DNA of 64,000 nt from Lama guanicoe (lineage: Eukaryota): assembly GCA_013239625.1 (NCBI GenBank), contig MU055600.1, forward strand, positions 19,433,744 to 19,497,743, in the 5' to 3' direction. Shown here piece by piece: positions 1 to 12,899 of the stretch (the stretch's first letter is position 1; every line of letters starts with the position of its first letter). The notes under the pieces were generated by a model. The model was not told the DNA's origin, did no database searches, and worked only from the letters and a program-made list of their open reading frames with translations. Both the position numbers and the translations under genes were made by a program.

Positions 1-121
1 ATAGCTCAACATGCATTCCAATCTCCTTCTTGACCACCTCCGCTCTAGAGGCTGAAAAAATGAAATACTTTCTTTCCTAGCTTTCTCTAAACCTGGATCT
101 GGCCAATTAAATATGAATGCA

Positions 122-624
122 GATAAGTTCATTTGTCTTTTTAGTTTTTAGATTTCACCTATAAGTGATACCATATGGTATTTTTCTTTCTCTTTCTGGC
201 TTACTTCACATAGAATGACGATCTCTAGGTCCATCCATGTTGCTGCAAATGGCATTATTGTATTCTTTTTTATGGCTTAGTAGTATTCCATTGTATAAAT
301 ATACCATGTGAACTTATTTACAAAACATAAACAGACTCACAGACATAGAAAACAAACGTATGATTACCAGATAGGGAAGGAGGTAAGAAGGGATAAATTG
401 GAAGTTCAAGATTTGCAGGTGCTAAGTACTGTATATAAAATAGATAAACAGCAAGTTTATAGTGTATAGCAGAGGGAACTATATTCAATATCTTGTAGTG
501 ACCTATAATGAAAAAAGAATATGAATACTAATACATGTATGTGTCTGTGTATGCATGATTGAACTATTATGCTGTACACCAGAAATTGACACAACATTGT
601 AAACTGACTATACTTCAATTAAAA
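122..624 (+). mobile_element. 5'-inverted, truncated L1 (twin-priming) with 13-bp TSD
   Basis: 122-~306 is L1 3'-region sequence in reverse, ~309-624 is the L1 3' end forward ending in an A tail; AAATATGAATGCA at 109-121 and 625-637. Confidence 0.85.
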
Positions 625-865
625 AAATATGAATGCAAATCTGTTGGGAGCTTCTGAGAAAGCTTTTACCTTCCTAATAAAAGGGACAGGTGTCTTGGAG
701 CCACCCCTTCCTGGTCCTGTCTGCCTTTAACATGGTCATAATGTGACTCTAAGAGAAATGCCTTAGAGCATCTCAGAGAGGCTGGCCTTGACGTTATTGG
801 GCCGTCTAGCCAATGCTGACAACCATCTACCTCTGGACTTCTTCTTGTATTAGCAAAAATGTCTA

Positions 866-1026
866 GGGGGAGGGGACAGCCAAGGGATGGAGTGCCTGCT
901 TAGCATGCACAAGTTCCTGGATCCAATCCACAGTTCCTCCATTAAAAAATAATAATAATAATTTAAAAATAAATAAATAAACCTAATTACCTCCCCCAAA
1001 ACAAAAACAAAAAAAGCGAAAAAAAA
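866..1026 (+). mobile_element. Camelid tRNA-derived SINE
   Basis: GGGGAGGG...GCTTAGCATGCACAAGTTCCTGG head, AAATAAACCTAATTACCTCCCCC tail, A-rich end, AAAA(T)GTCT flanking duplication. Confidence 0.85.
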
Positions 1027-1029
1027 GTC

Positions 1030-1920
1030 TGAACCAACACACTGCAGAAAAACATTTTCAATTTATATCACAAAGAGTTAATATCCCTAATATTTAATAG
1101 AGTTTCTAAAATAGAGAAATCAACAACTGTTTAGGAAAGTAAGTAGGAAACGTGAACAGACCACTAACAGAAAAGAAGCGCAGGTGAGTGGCTCTTCGCT
1201 GTGTGAAAAGACGCTCAGCCTTGCCCGTTGTAAGAGGAACGCAAACTGAGATTTCATCCTCGCCCATTATGACGGCAAAAATTCAAATTTTGACGACATA
1301 CTCTGTTAGTGAAGCTCTGGGAAATGGACACTTTCATAATTTGGTGGTGGGAATGCAAAATTGTACAACCCCTATGAATTTGGCAAAATTATCTATACAT
1401 TCACTCTTCAACCCAGCAATCTCATTTCTAGGAATACATTCCAAGGGTAAAATGGTAAGAATACAAAAAGATATGCGTGCAAAGCTATTCATTACAGACC
1501 TATCTGTAAGCACAAAAGCCCCCCACAATAGGAGATTGTTGAATAGACCATGATTTATTTACATTATGGAATTATACGCAGCTATAAAAGGAATAAGAAC
1601 CATTTCTAAACACTACCAAGGAGTGGTTTCCAAGATATAATTAAGTAAATAAAGCAAGATGGTAAAAAGTGTGTATAGTATGTTACCATTTATATAAAGG
1701 GGGTGAGAAACAATTGTATTTTTCATGTAAAGATAAATCATAGCTTTTTCATTTAAAAAATGATCACCTAAAAAGAGACGGAGGGAAATAGTAGCGGGGA
1801 CATGGGTAGAAACTGGACTTCTTCGGATGTCCCTTGTTTTGTAGATTTGACTGTGGAGCCATGTAAATGCTTTCCACAATTACAAAATAAAATTTTGTTT
1901 TAATCTCTAGAAATGAAAAC
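1030..1920 (+). mobile_element. Old L1 3' region fragment
   Basis: Degenerate L1 ORF2-end/3'UTR phrases (GGTGGGAATGCAAAATTGTACAACC, CCCAGCAATCTCATTTCTAGGAAT). Confidence 0.7.
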
Positions 1921-2632
1921 TAAAATGAAACAAGTAAAACAAAATGAGCCTCTGTTCCATTAAAAAGATTTCTGATAGTAAGTCAACCTTGCATTCCTGG
2001 GATGAATACAATCTGATAATAATGCATTATCTTTTTTAACCCAGTGTGGGAGTCTGTTTGCTACTGTTTTGTTGAGGATTTCTGCTTTTTTGGCCTATAC
2101 TTTCCATCTCATACTGTCCTTTTTTAAAGGTCATATGAGTCATATTAACAAAAAGAAAAGAAAAACCGTATCATCATCTCAATAGATGCCCCAGAAAAGC
2201 ATTTGACAAGACCCAGTGTCCTTTTATGCTTAAAAAAAAAAAAAAGATCTCTCAGCAAAATAGGAATAGAAGAGAGTTCTTCAACTTGATAAAGAAAATC
2301 TATGAAAAACCTACAGCTAATATCATGTAACGATGATGGGCAGAAAGCGTTCCCCCCACCCAAGATCAGGAACAAGGCAAGGACGCCTGCCTTTCTACTT
2401 ACTTTAGTCAACACTATGTTGGAGGTCCTAGCCAGTGAAATTAGGCAAGAAAAAGAAATGAAAGGCATTTCATTATTTGCAGAGGACTATCACCTATGTA
2501 GAAAATCTAATAAAATTTACCCAAAAAGCTGCTAGAATTAACAAGCAAGTTTGCCCAATTGCAAGATACAAGATCAATATACAAAAATCAATTACGTTTC
2601 TAGAGATCAGCAATGAAAAATCAGAAGCTGAA

Positions 2633-2828
2633 TTTTTTTAACATTTTTTATTGAGTAATAGTTATTTTACAATGTTATGTCAAATTCCAGTGTAGAGCAC
2701 AATTTTTCAGTTATACATGAACATACACATATTCATTGTCACATTTTTTTTTGCTGTGAGCTACCACAAGTTCTTGTATATATTTCCCTGTGCTATACAG
2801 TATAATCTTGTTTATATACATTCTGCAT
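2633..2828 (-). mobile_element. Short L1 3'-end insertion inside older L1
   Basis: T-tract then reverse L1 3' end; duplication AGAAGCTGAA at 2623-2632 and 2829-2838. Confidence 0.75.
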
Positions 2829-3789
2829 AGAAGCTGAAATTTTTAAAATACCTATTACAACAGCAAACACAAATATGAAACACTTAGGGACAAACCTGAC
2901 AAAATATGTGAAAGATCTAAACACTGGAAACTACAAAACATCGCTGAGAAAAATTAAAGATCTTAAATGGAGAGATACACTGTGTTCTTGGGCTGGAAGA
3001 CTTAGTAAGTTACTTCTCCCCAAATTAGTGTATAGATTCAAAGAAATCCCAATCAAAATACCAGGAGGATTTTTTTGTAGAAATTGATAAGCTGATTCTA
3101 AAATAATATTGAAACGTGAAAAACTTAGAGGAGCCAAAACAAAGTTGTAAAGGAAGAAACAAGTGGGAGGACTAACTGCCTAATTTTAGAACTTACTAAA
3201 AAGCTGTAGTTAGCAAGGTAAGTATCACTGTAAAGACAGAAATATCAATAAAACAGAAAATAGACTCTAGACATAGATCCACACGTGGACCATTGATTTT
3301 CAGCAACAGTGCAAAGGCATTTTCAATGGTACAGGAACAACTGACTCTCTATATGCAAGAAAATGAACTTTGATTCATACCTTGCAGTGTTTACAAATAT
3401 TAACTCGAGATGAATCATAGATCTAAATGTAAACAGTACAACTATAAAATTTTTAGAAGAAAACATAGGGGAAAATCTTCGTGACCTTAGGTGAAGCAAA
3501 GATTTCTTAGATATAACACTGAAAGTACAATCTATAAAAGAAAAATTGATAAATTGGATTAGAAATTTTTTTAAATTAAAAATGTTCTGCTCTTTCAAAA
3601 ATACTGTTAGGAGAGTAAAAGACAAACCACAGACTGGAAGGAAATACCTGTAACTCATTTACCTGTTAAAAGACATGAATACAGAATATACACAAAAATT
3701 CTCAAAACTAAATAAGAAAACAAATAACCTGATTTAAAATGGGCAAAACATTTTAAAAGACCAAAGAATACATATGGATAGCAGACAAG

Positions 3790-3932
3790 NNNNNNNNNNN
3801 NNNNNNNNNNNNNNNNNNNNNNNNNNNNNNNNNNNNNNNNNNNNNNNNNNNNNNNNNNNNNNNNNNNNNNNNNNNNNNNNNNNNNNNNNNNNNNNNNNNN
3901 NNNNNNNNNNNNNNNNNNNNNNNNNNNNNNNN
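3790..3932. other. Assembly gap
   Basis: Run of N. Confidence 1.
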
Positions 3933-4394
3933 CTCATACACTGCCAATAAGAATGCAAACTAGTGCAACTACTTTGGAAAACAAGTTGTCAGTTTTTTTA
4001 AAAGATAAAAATAGATCTATCACAAGTTTCAGTCTTTCAACTTCTGAATATTTACCCAAGAGAATGGACGTGTACAGCCAAAGAACTGTACATAAGTGTT
4101 CACAGCCGATTTATCTGTAATAGGTAAAAACTGTAAATGACTCAATTGTCCACCAACAGATGAACAGAGAAACAAATTTCAGTGTAATTTCAGTGTTCGT
4201 GCAAGGGAACACTACTCAACAATAAAAAGAATGAACTATTGACGGATGCCGCACATAAGTGAGCCTCAAAATAATTATGCTGAGTGAAAGAATACAGACA
4301 AAAAAGGGTCCATACTGAATGATTCCTTTTATATAATATTCTAGAAAATGCAAACCAATCTATTGTGACAGAAACCAGGTCAGTAGTTCCCCAG

Positions 4395-4961
4395 TGTGAC
4401 AGACAGTCTCTAAAATGGTTCCCTATAGTTGCCACCTCTGGGAACCAAGAGCGGGCTGGGTCTGGCTACTCATTTCTAATGAACAGAATATGGCAAAAGT
4501 GAAGAGATTGCACTTCTCAGATGAGGTTATAAAGAAATGATGACTGACTCTCCCCCTCCCCCTCTCCCTCTCCCTCTCCCTCTCTCTCTCTCTGATGAAA
4601 ACAGCTGCCATGTTGGAAGCTGCCCTAAGGACAGACCCACATGGCAAAGACCTGAGTGAGATCTCCAACCAACAGCCAATGAGAAACTAAAGTCCTCAGT
4701 TCAACAGCTGTTGAGGAACTGAATCCTAGTAAGATTCATATAAGTGAGCTGGGATGCAGCTCTTCCCCAGCCAAGCTGTGAAAGGAAACCACAACCCTGG
4801 CCAACATCTTGGTTACAACCTTGGGAGAGACCTGGAGGCAGAGGTGCCCAGGTAAGTGGTGCCCAAGATTCCTGACCCACAGAAGATGAGAGATGATAAA
4901 TGTTGTTTTAAGCTGATACATTTTGGGGCTATTCGTTATGCAGCAATAGACAACTAATACA
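4395..4961 (+). mobile_element. MaLR solo LTR (MLT1 family)
   Basis: TGT...AATACA termini and MLT1-type 3' end (TTGTTTTAAGC...GTTATGCAGCAATAGACAACTAATACA); contains a CT-rich microsatellite at ~4548-4593. Confidence 0.8.
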
Positions 4962-5456
4962 TTTGTAGGTTGGAGTTACGGACAAGGGTAACAGGTGGGA
5001 GAGAGGGATTGTAGATGGGTGTGAAGAAACCACTGGGAGTGATGGATATGCTCATTATCTTTTTTTATGTATATATATTTTTATTGAAATATAATTAGTT
5101 TACAGTGTGTCAATTTCTGGTGTACAACATAATGCTTCAGTCATACATGAACGTACATACATATATTTGTTTTCATTTCTTTTTCACCATAAGCTACTAC
5201 AAGATATTGAATATAGTTTCCTGTGCTGTACAGTATGAACTTGTTTATCTACTTATAGATATTAAACGATCTTGATTGCTGTGGTCTCATGGCATATCCA
5301 TATGTCAAGCCTTACTAACTTTTGCACTTTAAATATGTGATGTTTATTGCATGTAAGTTCTATCTCAGTGAAGCTGGGTTTTTTTAAAGTTTGGTGAAAA
5401 TGTCAAGGAAGAAAAGGATGTCATCGATGGGTTCAACAACATGGAGGGTATCAATC

Positions 5457-5571
5457 CAGAGTGACTTGCTGTCTGGATTTGCCCAGGACTGAGGTGGCTC
5501 CTGGAAGGAAAGACATTCCATTTTAAAACCTGAGAAAGTCTCAGGCATGTGGGGATGAGCGGGTTACCCTA
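5457..5571. mobile_element. hAT-Blackjack MITE (MER94-like)
   Basis: AGAGTGAC...GGATTTGCCCAGGACTGAGG...TAAAACC...GGTTACCCTA resembles the MER94 consensus. Confidence 0.55.
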
Positions 5572-8544
5572 CTGATGACACTAACAAGAACAATAGGGGC
5601 TGGAAGTCGATGGCAGCCTCGTCAGAAGCTATCTCGGGGGGATGATGGAAAAAAGGACTGGGGCACCGCATACAGTCAACTCCTCTGAGTTTTTTGGCTG
5701 CAGCAAGGAGAGAAAGGCGGGAAGAGCTGGAGGGGCTGTGAGGGCAAGGAAGTCGGGTTTTAAGATGGGAGTCATTGCAGCCTGTGTGTGCTGATGGAAG
5801 GAACCCGGTAGAGAACATTTTTTTGTGACACTGAGAAGAGGTGCTTGCAGGAGAAAAGGCCTCCAACAGGAGAGGACTGCTTGTATCCACAAGCGTCCTG
5901 AGGCTCCCTGCCAGGCCACAGGGGCTCCCCAGTGGGTCATGGGACCCCAAAGTGCAAGGTCTCTCTTCAGTTCTTACATCCAGGTGACATGCTTCCACAC
6001 TCTAATCTCCTGAGCCACTAAGGGCTACTTACTAGTAACCTAATGACCGAGTCATGGACGGTACTGAGTGTGCTGTCCATCACCAGAAGTGACCCCGGAC
6101 TCTGTCCTTTCCTAAGAAATCTGGCTGCCACGCAGCCCTTAGCAATGTTGTCAAACTTCCTGCTTTGTGTGCGCACTTGCAGATGGGTAGAATTTCACGA
6201 TTTGGGGAAAGAATGCACGATCAGGGTTGCCCTGAACCGGTTGTGGATTCCTTTTCCATTATTGATGACCGTGCCGTTTCTGTTATAAAAGTGTCTTTTA
6301 TTTTTGCCTAAACATTCATCCATTTAGCTTTTTGTAGGTTGTTGGGTTAATTTCACAGTCTACAGTGATTCGGATTTTGCGTTAATCGTTTTTAACCTGT
6401 ATTCTCTGATAACAGACTGCAAGACCCTGTAAGTCTCATGTTCAGATGTGAATCACTCGCATCTCTGTTGCCTGTGTCGTGTGTGTCGGGCTGCTGGTGA
6501 AAGTCAGCTACTGGCATAAGTAAAATGAAATTATTGAGGTTTTTTTAGGAAATTCTTTTATTGCACAAAAATCTATTAAGTCTGTTCATATTCCTCTAAA
6601 GTAACTAATAAGTGAATCATTTATATTACAGTAACATGATAAATCCTACTTGTATTTCTTCTCTTTCTGTGTCATCCTTGAGGTTTTTCTTAGTGGAAAC
6701 TCGAGGGCGAGGGAGAGCGCAAAGCTTTAAATTCTGCCTGTAGGTACCACAGTCAAAAGGCTCAGGAGCACAGGCTGTGGAGGCCACACCCAGGGCTTCT
6801 CAGGACAAGGCTTCGTGCTGAGCAGCACAAGCAGAGTTGACGCCTCCCAAGTCATGTCAGCAGCGGGGTTCCTGATTCCAGGCTCTCCCCATGGGTGTCC
6901 ATAGGCCATTCCTTCTCCCTAAGGGGCGCCCGGGGAACGCTGCGGCTTTGCTTCGCGGGAATAACATCCCGTTTTCTGGCCCGTGTCTTTCCTTTTTCCT
7001 TCTCTCCTTTGGCTTCTCTCTTTCCCTTGCCCCAAGACTTACTGTTCTAACTATAGTTTCTAACAGGTGTGCAGCCAGGGCCGGGAGGCTGTGGTCCAGC
7101 TGTCCCCAGACACATGGATTCTCTCCAACTGTCTTGCTGCAATCGTGGGGCCCTGAGCACACTCACTGAGTGAGGCTAGCCCTGCCGGGGTCATGGCAGG
7201 GGGAGGGGCAGAGGCAGGGGCAGCTTCTCATTCCCAGGCAGAGCAGAGGCCGGGAGAGTGGGCAAGTTGTCCCCAGATCTGGGAGCTCTGCTCTGGTTCA
7301 GCAAGGAATCAGGAAGTAGGTCCTATTTTCCCATTCTTGGGAGACACGGCCGGATGTCTACCCAGTGTCCATCCCCTTCTCCTTTGTTCTTATTAACATC
7401 ACCCTCATCTGAGCCTCACCTGGCTCAGAGTAGACACCCGCTATGGTTGAGCTACTGCTGTGTCATTTAATCCACACGCACACTCACTGGGCAGAAGAAT
7501 TTGTACCTATGCTCAATGACTTACCTGAGATCTCACAGCCAGTGGCTGCCAGAGCTGGGATTCAAACCCAGGTCTGTCTGACTCAGAGATTTGTCCTCTT
7601 GCCTCTCTGCCTCCTGTCTGTCTAAGAAGAGGAAGAATCCACACACACAGGTGGGAGCCTTAGGAAGCACACGTGAGACGCAGGCTCATCTCTGGGGATG
7701 AGCGCATCCTGTGGAACCCGGGGCAGGCTCTCCCCAGGGCCACCCAAAGTTTCACTCCCCTCTCCCAGCACACGGCCTAGAGTCTGTGTGCAGTGCAGTC
7801 TCAACGAGGGAAGAATAGATGGAAGCGAGGAGAGACAAAGGGGAAAAGGAGGGATGGAGGAAGATATCAAACAGACATGTCCTCAGCTACCTGCCCCCAC
7901 CCCAGGCCCCGGGTTTAAGGATAGTTTATCAGTTAGTTAAGAAAAACAGAGATGGAACTTAAACATGTAAGTGTTTTTTATTGTTTTTCCCACTTGCAAC
8001 TAGAGAGGTACGTAGTGACATTGTGTCAGTGGTTCAGAGATGCTGTGTCTGCAGTCTCTGCTCCTCTCGGCCTTTGCCTCATGGTCACAAGATGGCTGCT
8101 GCAGCGCTAATCATCATGATCCGAGCAGGAGGAAAGGAAGGACGGCAGTCTTTCTTGGGAACCTTTCATTTATGTCTTCCTGGCCAGAACCGGGCTGGGG
8201 AATGTGCGGTGTGGGGTTTGTTTTGTTTTTAGCAAGGCTTCTTTGTTCTGTCGCCCCTTCCCTGCCTCCTTCTCCAGTTCTCAGTCCCAGGAATAGTCTC
8301 TAAAGTACAAATGAGGCTCAGCTCATACATGTAACCGCAGAAGAAAGGACAAAGCAGGTCCTGCTGAAATTATGAAGATTCTAAAAATGGATCCAAACCC
8401 CAGAAGTTTCAGACTTGACTTCCAGAGCACAAGCTCTGTCCCCTTCAGACCCAGGCTTCCTGTGGATGGATGGCTCTTCTGCAAGAGCCCTGGTCCCCAG
8501 AACACACGAAGAGGGCGGAACCGACCTCAGCCACCAGGGAGCAA

Positions 8545-9140
8545 ATTCTGAATCAGTTGGGATGTTTTCAGCTACAAGTGACAGAAAGCCTGAACACAAG
8601 TATCTCTGAGAGAGTTTACCGTCTCACACATCAGGAAGCCCAGAGCTCTCTCGTTTTCTGAGAGCTGCCCCATTCTACCTGTTGACTGATAGGAAGATGG
8701 TCACAGAAGTTTCCAGGCATCACAGCTAGATAAGGAAGAGAGACCATCTCTTCCCGGGGTTATTTATTAGAAGTGAGGAAACCTTTCCCAAAAGCCTCCT
8801 CAAAGACTTTCCTTCACGTCTCCCGTGGCCTTTCCACGTGGCGCAGGCGTCCCCGCGTGGCTCGGGCATCCCCACACCATGGAGGCTGGGCTCCCAGGGC
8901 AAGCATCAGGAGAGAGTGGGACAGAGAACCAGGTGGAAGTCGCAGCTCTTTTCATGACCTGGCCTCAGAAGTCACACAGTGTCACTTCCCCCACATTCTG
9001 TTCATGGAGACAGTGGCAAAGCCTCACCCAGCTTGAAGGAGGGGGCGATGGAATCTAACTCATGATGAGGCAGTAACAAGCCTGGAAGAGCAGATGAGAA
9101 CTGGTACATTATGGCCACTTTCAGAAAATACAGTCTGTTG
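8545..9140 (-). mobile_element. Decayed MaLR (MLT1) LTR fragments
   Basis: Reverse MLT1 phrases such as GACCTGGCCTCAGAAGTCACACAGTGTCACTTCCCCCACATTCTG. Confidence 0.55.
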
Positions 9141-11239
9141 CATCAGAAGATCCTGTCACCCTGTCACTCTGCACAGCCTGCCTCTGCCTGCCCCTGCCCG
9201 CCCTCCCCACCCCGACCACAGTCGCTTCCATATCCAGGTCTTACCTGGAGCCCCTGCAGAACCCTAGTGCAGGGGAGTCTGGGAAACGCTGTTTGTAGCT
9301 TTGCAGCCTCTGTCGCACGGGAAGGTAAGCCGAAGCGGGGCGGAATAGGTGGTAAGTGACGTGGCTTACAGGGTCTGCCACAGCTAAGGATGAGGAAGAG
9401 GGAATAAATGAGTGATTGGGGAGTGGCCCCCGCGGCCTGCTTCTGAGCCCAGCCTTTTCTGTTTCTCCTGCTTAACTTTTCCCTGTAGCATTCAGCAGGT
9501 GCTTGTGGAGCATCTCCCGTGTCCAAGGCAAGCTAGACTCAACAGGACAGGTGGGGGGTTTAGACTCTGTGAAAGACAGTCGTAAACAGAGAGTTATTAT
9601 AAATGACTATGTACATACAATCTGGCTTTACAAAGAAGCAGCGTCTTCCGTCCATCCTGTTCCCACGTGTACATCTTGTCAGCCAGCCCGACAGGGAACG
9701 TCAGGCGCCAGAGACCTCCCTGAGCCTTCCTCCGCAAATCCTCTGGTCGTTACGGGACAGAGCCCATCCAGATGCTCAGATGTTACTCAGCGCATTCACT
9801 ACTCAGAGGCAAGCAACAAAGGTTAATAAAGGGCAGTCAGTGTTTAAATAAATGTGGAAGTCTGTAACAGGCTGTTATCAACAGCATCTGGACAAACGTG
9901 TAACCAACCAGAGCAGAATGAGGGCTTTGGCCTCAAAGACGAGAACAGCTCAATTCCAGGGACAACCCCCGAGCGCCGACGAGAGTGGGCGGCGGGGCCC
10001 AGCTCAAGACACACGAGTGGCATTCCCATGCCGGGGCCAACCTTACCCACTTGTTTCGGGACATGTAAATGTTAGATTTCCTCAACATCAGCCCTGGTTG
10101 GAACTTAAGCTCCCAAGGAAAACCTGCCATTCATGCCAGGGCAGTGTGGGTGCGGACAGCGGAATGAGGGGATCGCGACTGGACTGTGTGTTTGGAAGCA
10201 GCCGCCCGCGTGTTGATCGGCCCGAAGGTGCTCTCACGACCCGTTCGGGCGCCCCGCACAGGCCCCCGCTGGTAGCTAACCCAAGCGCCTGCGCTGACCC
10301 TGTCGCGCGCGTTCAGTCCTGTGTTATTTCCTCAATTACCGTAATGAAGTCAGGGGAGTAAACAGCCCGGCCTCACACCCGTTCTTCTCTCTGATGTTCT
10401 CTTCTCAAGGAACAAACACACAGCTTCATTACCAACAAGCTCAGAATAAATTAATAGGAGCTGAAATCCGTGAAATTAGGTTCGCTTTTCTAATTAGCTG
10501 GAGAGTTCACAGATACCGGGACGTTCTTTATCACAGGCTCACTTCTTCTCCAGAAGGGGACGGCCATTTGTGATCTCAGGAAATTAAACCCTCCCCTCTT
10601 ACACTCTACAAAGGAACTTCCGATTGAAGTGTAAATGCGAGTTTCTGTTAGCCACCTGGAAGATCAGTTTGAAGTTGTGCATCTTGAGCAAATTCCTCAT
10701 TAATTCCATCCTGTGCCTGGGAGATTGTGTGATACAGCAATTTCCATTTTCAAAGGAATTGTCTTTTCACTAATAATGTCCTCAGCTTAGTGGGCGCCCT
10801 CCTCCGTGGAGTTCAAAGTGACTTGGGGGCCTCTTGTCTTTAATTCCCACATCCCAGACAGAGGAAACGGGGTGCAGGAGAGAAGGCAACTGCCTTCCTG
10901 ACAGTTAAGTGAAAGAAGCTGAGGTCGGGGAGCCAGGGGCCCAGGGAGACGTGGAGCAAAGCTCGCGAGATGACCCAGCGGGTCACTGGCAGCCCTGGAG
11001 CATCCAACTCTATTATATTCCTTACTCTCAGCTAACCAACCATCCCAATTGTCTCCCAAAAGTCTAAAGCTATCAAACAGACCCATGGAGCTCTAAGTGA
11101 GGACTGCAGAGGCCTGACATTTCCTCTTCTAATGATTTACTGTAAGTGACTTAAAAGGACAAAATTTGCCCAGTGAAGGAATCAGCCCCTGTCCAAAGCA
11201 GCTAGATGCCCGCTTTCCAGGAATTCCTTCACTCATGAA

Positions 11240-11480
11240 TGCATTCGGTTATTTGACAAAATTTTCTTGAGCACCTACTATGTGCCAGGTGCTATTCTGG
11301 GCACTGGGGATGGAGAAATGAATAAAATGAATGAAAATCTTTGCTTTCACAGAGGTTATTCTAGTGGGGAAGACAAACAGTACACAAGATAAATTGGCAA
11401 AATACAAGGTTTGTTAGTTAAATGGTGATAAATGCTAGGGAGAAAATAAAACAGGGATGTGGAATTTTAAATGTCAGGAT
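11240..11480. mobile_element. L2 fragment
   Basis: TTGAGCACCTACTATGTGCCAGGTGCTATTCTGGGCACTGGGGAT, typical of the L2 3' end. Confidence 0.7.
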
Positions 11481-11708
11481 GTGTGAAGGGCTGAGTGTTC
11501 AGCGGGAATGACCAGAGAGCACCGCGTTGAAAGAACCCAGGGAGAGGTGGAAGACCGCGGAGGTGGCTGTGGAGGGTGACGCCGCCTGGTGAGGAACAGG
11601 AGCCTGGTGTTTTCTCTAGACTCTTTTGAAGTCAGTTTGTGCCTCTTGCTTATGCATTTGTGAATGGGGCCAATATCTATCCTTCATAGAAGTTAAGAAA
11701 TTAACATC

Positions 11709-12860
11709 TGTATTGAGTTGAAGAGTGTCCCTCCAAAATTCACATCCACAGGGGCNNNNNNNNNNNNNNNNNNNNNNNNNNNNNNNNNNNNNNNNNNNNN
11801 NNNNNNNNNNNNNNNNNNNNNNNNNNNNNNNNNNNNNNNNNNNNNNNNNNNNNNNNNNNNNNNNNNNNNNNNNNNNNNNNNNNAGAGGACACCCATGGGA
11901 AGACGGCCATGTGAAGAAGGAGGCAGAAATTGGAGAGATGGAGCTGTAAGTCAAGGAGTGCCACGGATTGCCAGCAACCAAGGCTGAGAGAAAGGCAAGG
12001 AATAAATTCTCCCTGAGAACCTCTGGAGGAACCTTGATTTGGGGCTTCAATTCTCCTGAGCTGTGAGAGTGTCCATTTCTTCTGTTTTAAGCTGCCCAGT
12101 TTGTGGTCATTTGTTACGACAGTCCTAGGAAACCAAGACGGGTTTTGGTACCTGGAAGGGGTGCTGCTGTAACAAATACTGAAAACGTGGAAGACCTTTG
12201 GAATCGGGTGAGGGGTAGAGGCTGGAAGAATTTTGAGATGAAAGATAGAAGCAGCCTAGACTGCCATGTGGAGAGTGCTAGCAAAAAGTGTAAACAGTAA
12301 AGGAGATTCTGCTGAGAGCTCAGAAGGAAGTTAAGAGGATGGCAGAGAACACTTCTGTTGGCTTGGAGAGAAAATGTACTGTCATCTACAGAAAACTGAC
12401 AGACGTAGGAACATTAAAGATGTCTCTGGTGAGATTGCAAATGAAAATGAAGAGCATGTTATTGGAAACCGGAAGTAACGTGATCCTTGTTCTAAGATGG
12501 CAGAGAACTAGGTGAACTGCGTTCTAGTGGGAAGTAGGGCTTGTAAGTGATGAGCTTGGATGTTTAGCTGAGGGTAACCGCCAGGCAGAACATGGAAGGT
12601 GTAGCCTGGTTTCTCTTTGCTGCTTGTAGTTACATGTGAGAGAAAAGAGATAAATTGAGAAGAAACTATTCAACAAAAAGGAACCAGAACTTGATGATCT
12701 GGAAATTCTCAGCCTATCTATACTATGCAAGACTCTGAGGCACACTCTGGAGGCGACACCCACCAAGGGTGTGGCCCGACAGTCTTCTACGCAAGAGACT
12801 TGGTGTGTGGCTCATTGATCCAACTAAGCATCTCAGCGGAAGTCAGGAGCAGAGCTGTGT
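11709..12860 (+). mobile_element. MaLR MLT1 LTR (to ~12139) plus adjoining internal sequence
   Basis: TGTATTGAGTTGAA...GTTACGACAGTCCTAGGAAAC LTR followed directly by TTTTGGTACC...GGTGCTGCTGTAACAAATAC, the MLT-int start; spans gap 11756-11883. Confidence 0.75.
11756..11883. other. Assembly gap
   Basis: Run of N. Confidence 1.
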
Positions 12861-12899
12861 CACAGGCTCACCTGTCTGTCTGAGAAGATCCACTGAGCA

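Larger units (their letters stand above)
2146..5360 (+). mobile_element. Old L1 (ORF2 remnant to 3' end), interrupted by younger inserts and a gap
   Basis: Decayed ORF2-like peptides (KAFPPPKIRNKARTPAFLLTLVNTMLEVLASEIRQEKEMKGI; KHLGTNLTKYVKDL...LPKLVYRFKEIPIKIP) with stops and frameshifts. Confidence 0.85.

Noticed and set aside
2302-3087. Reverse-transcriptase-like ORFs
   Set aside because: Short, frameshifted remnants of L1 ORF2; not an active element or host gene.
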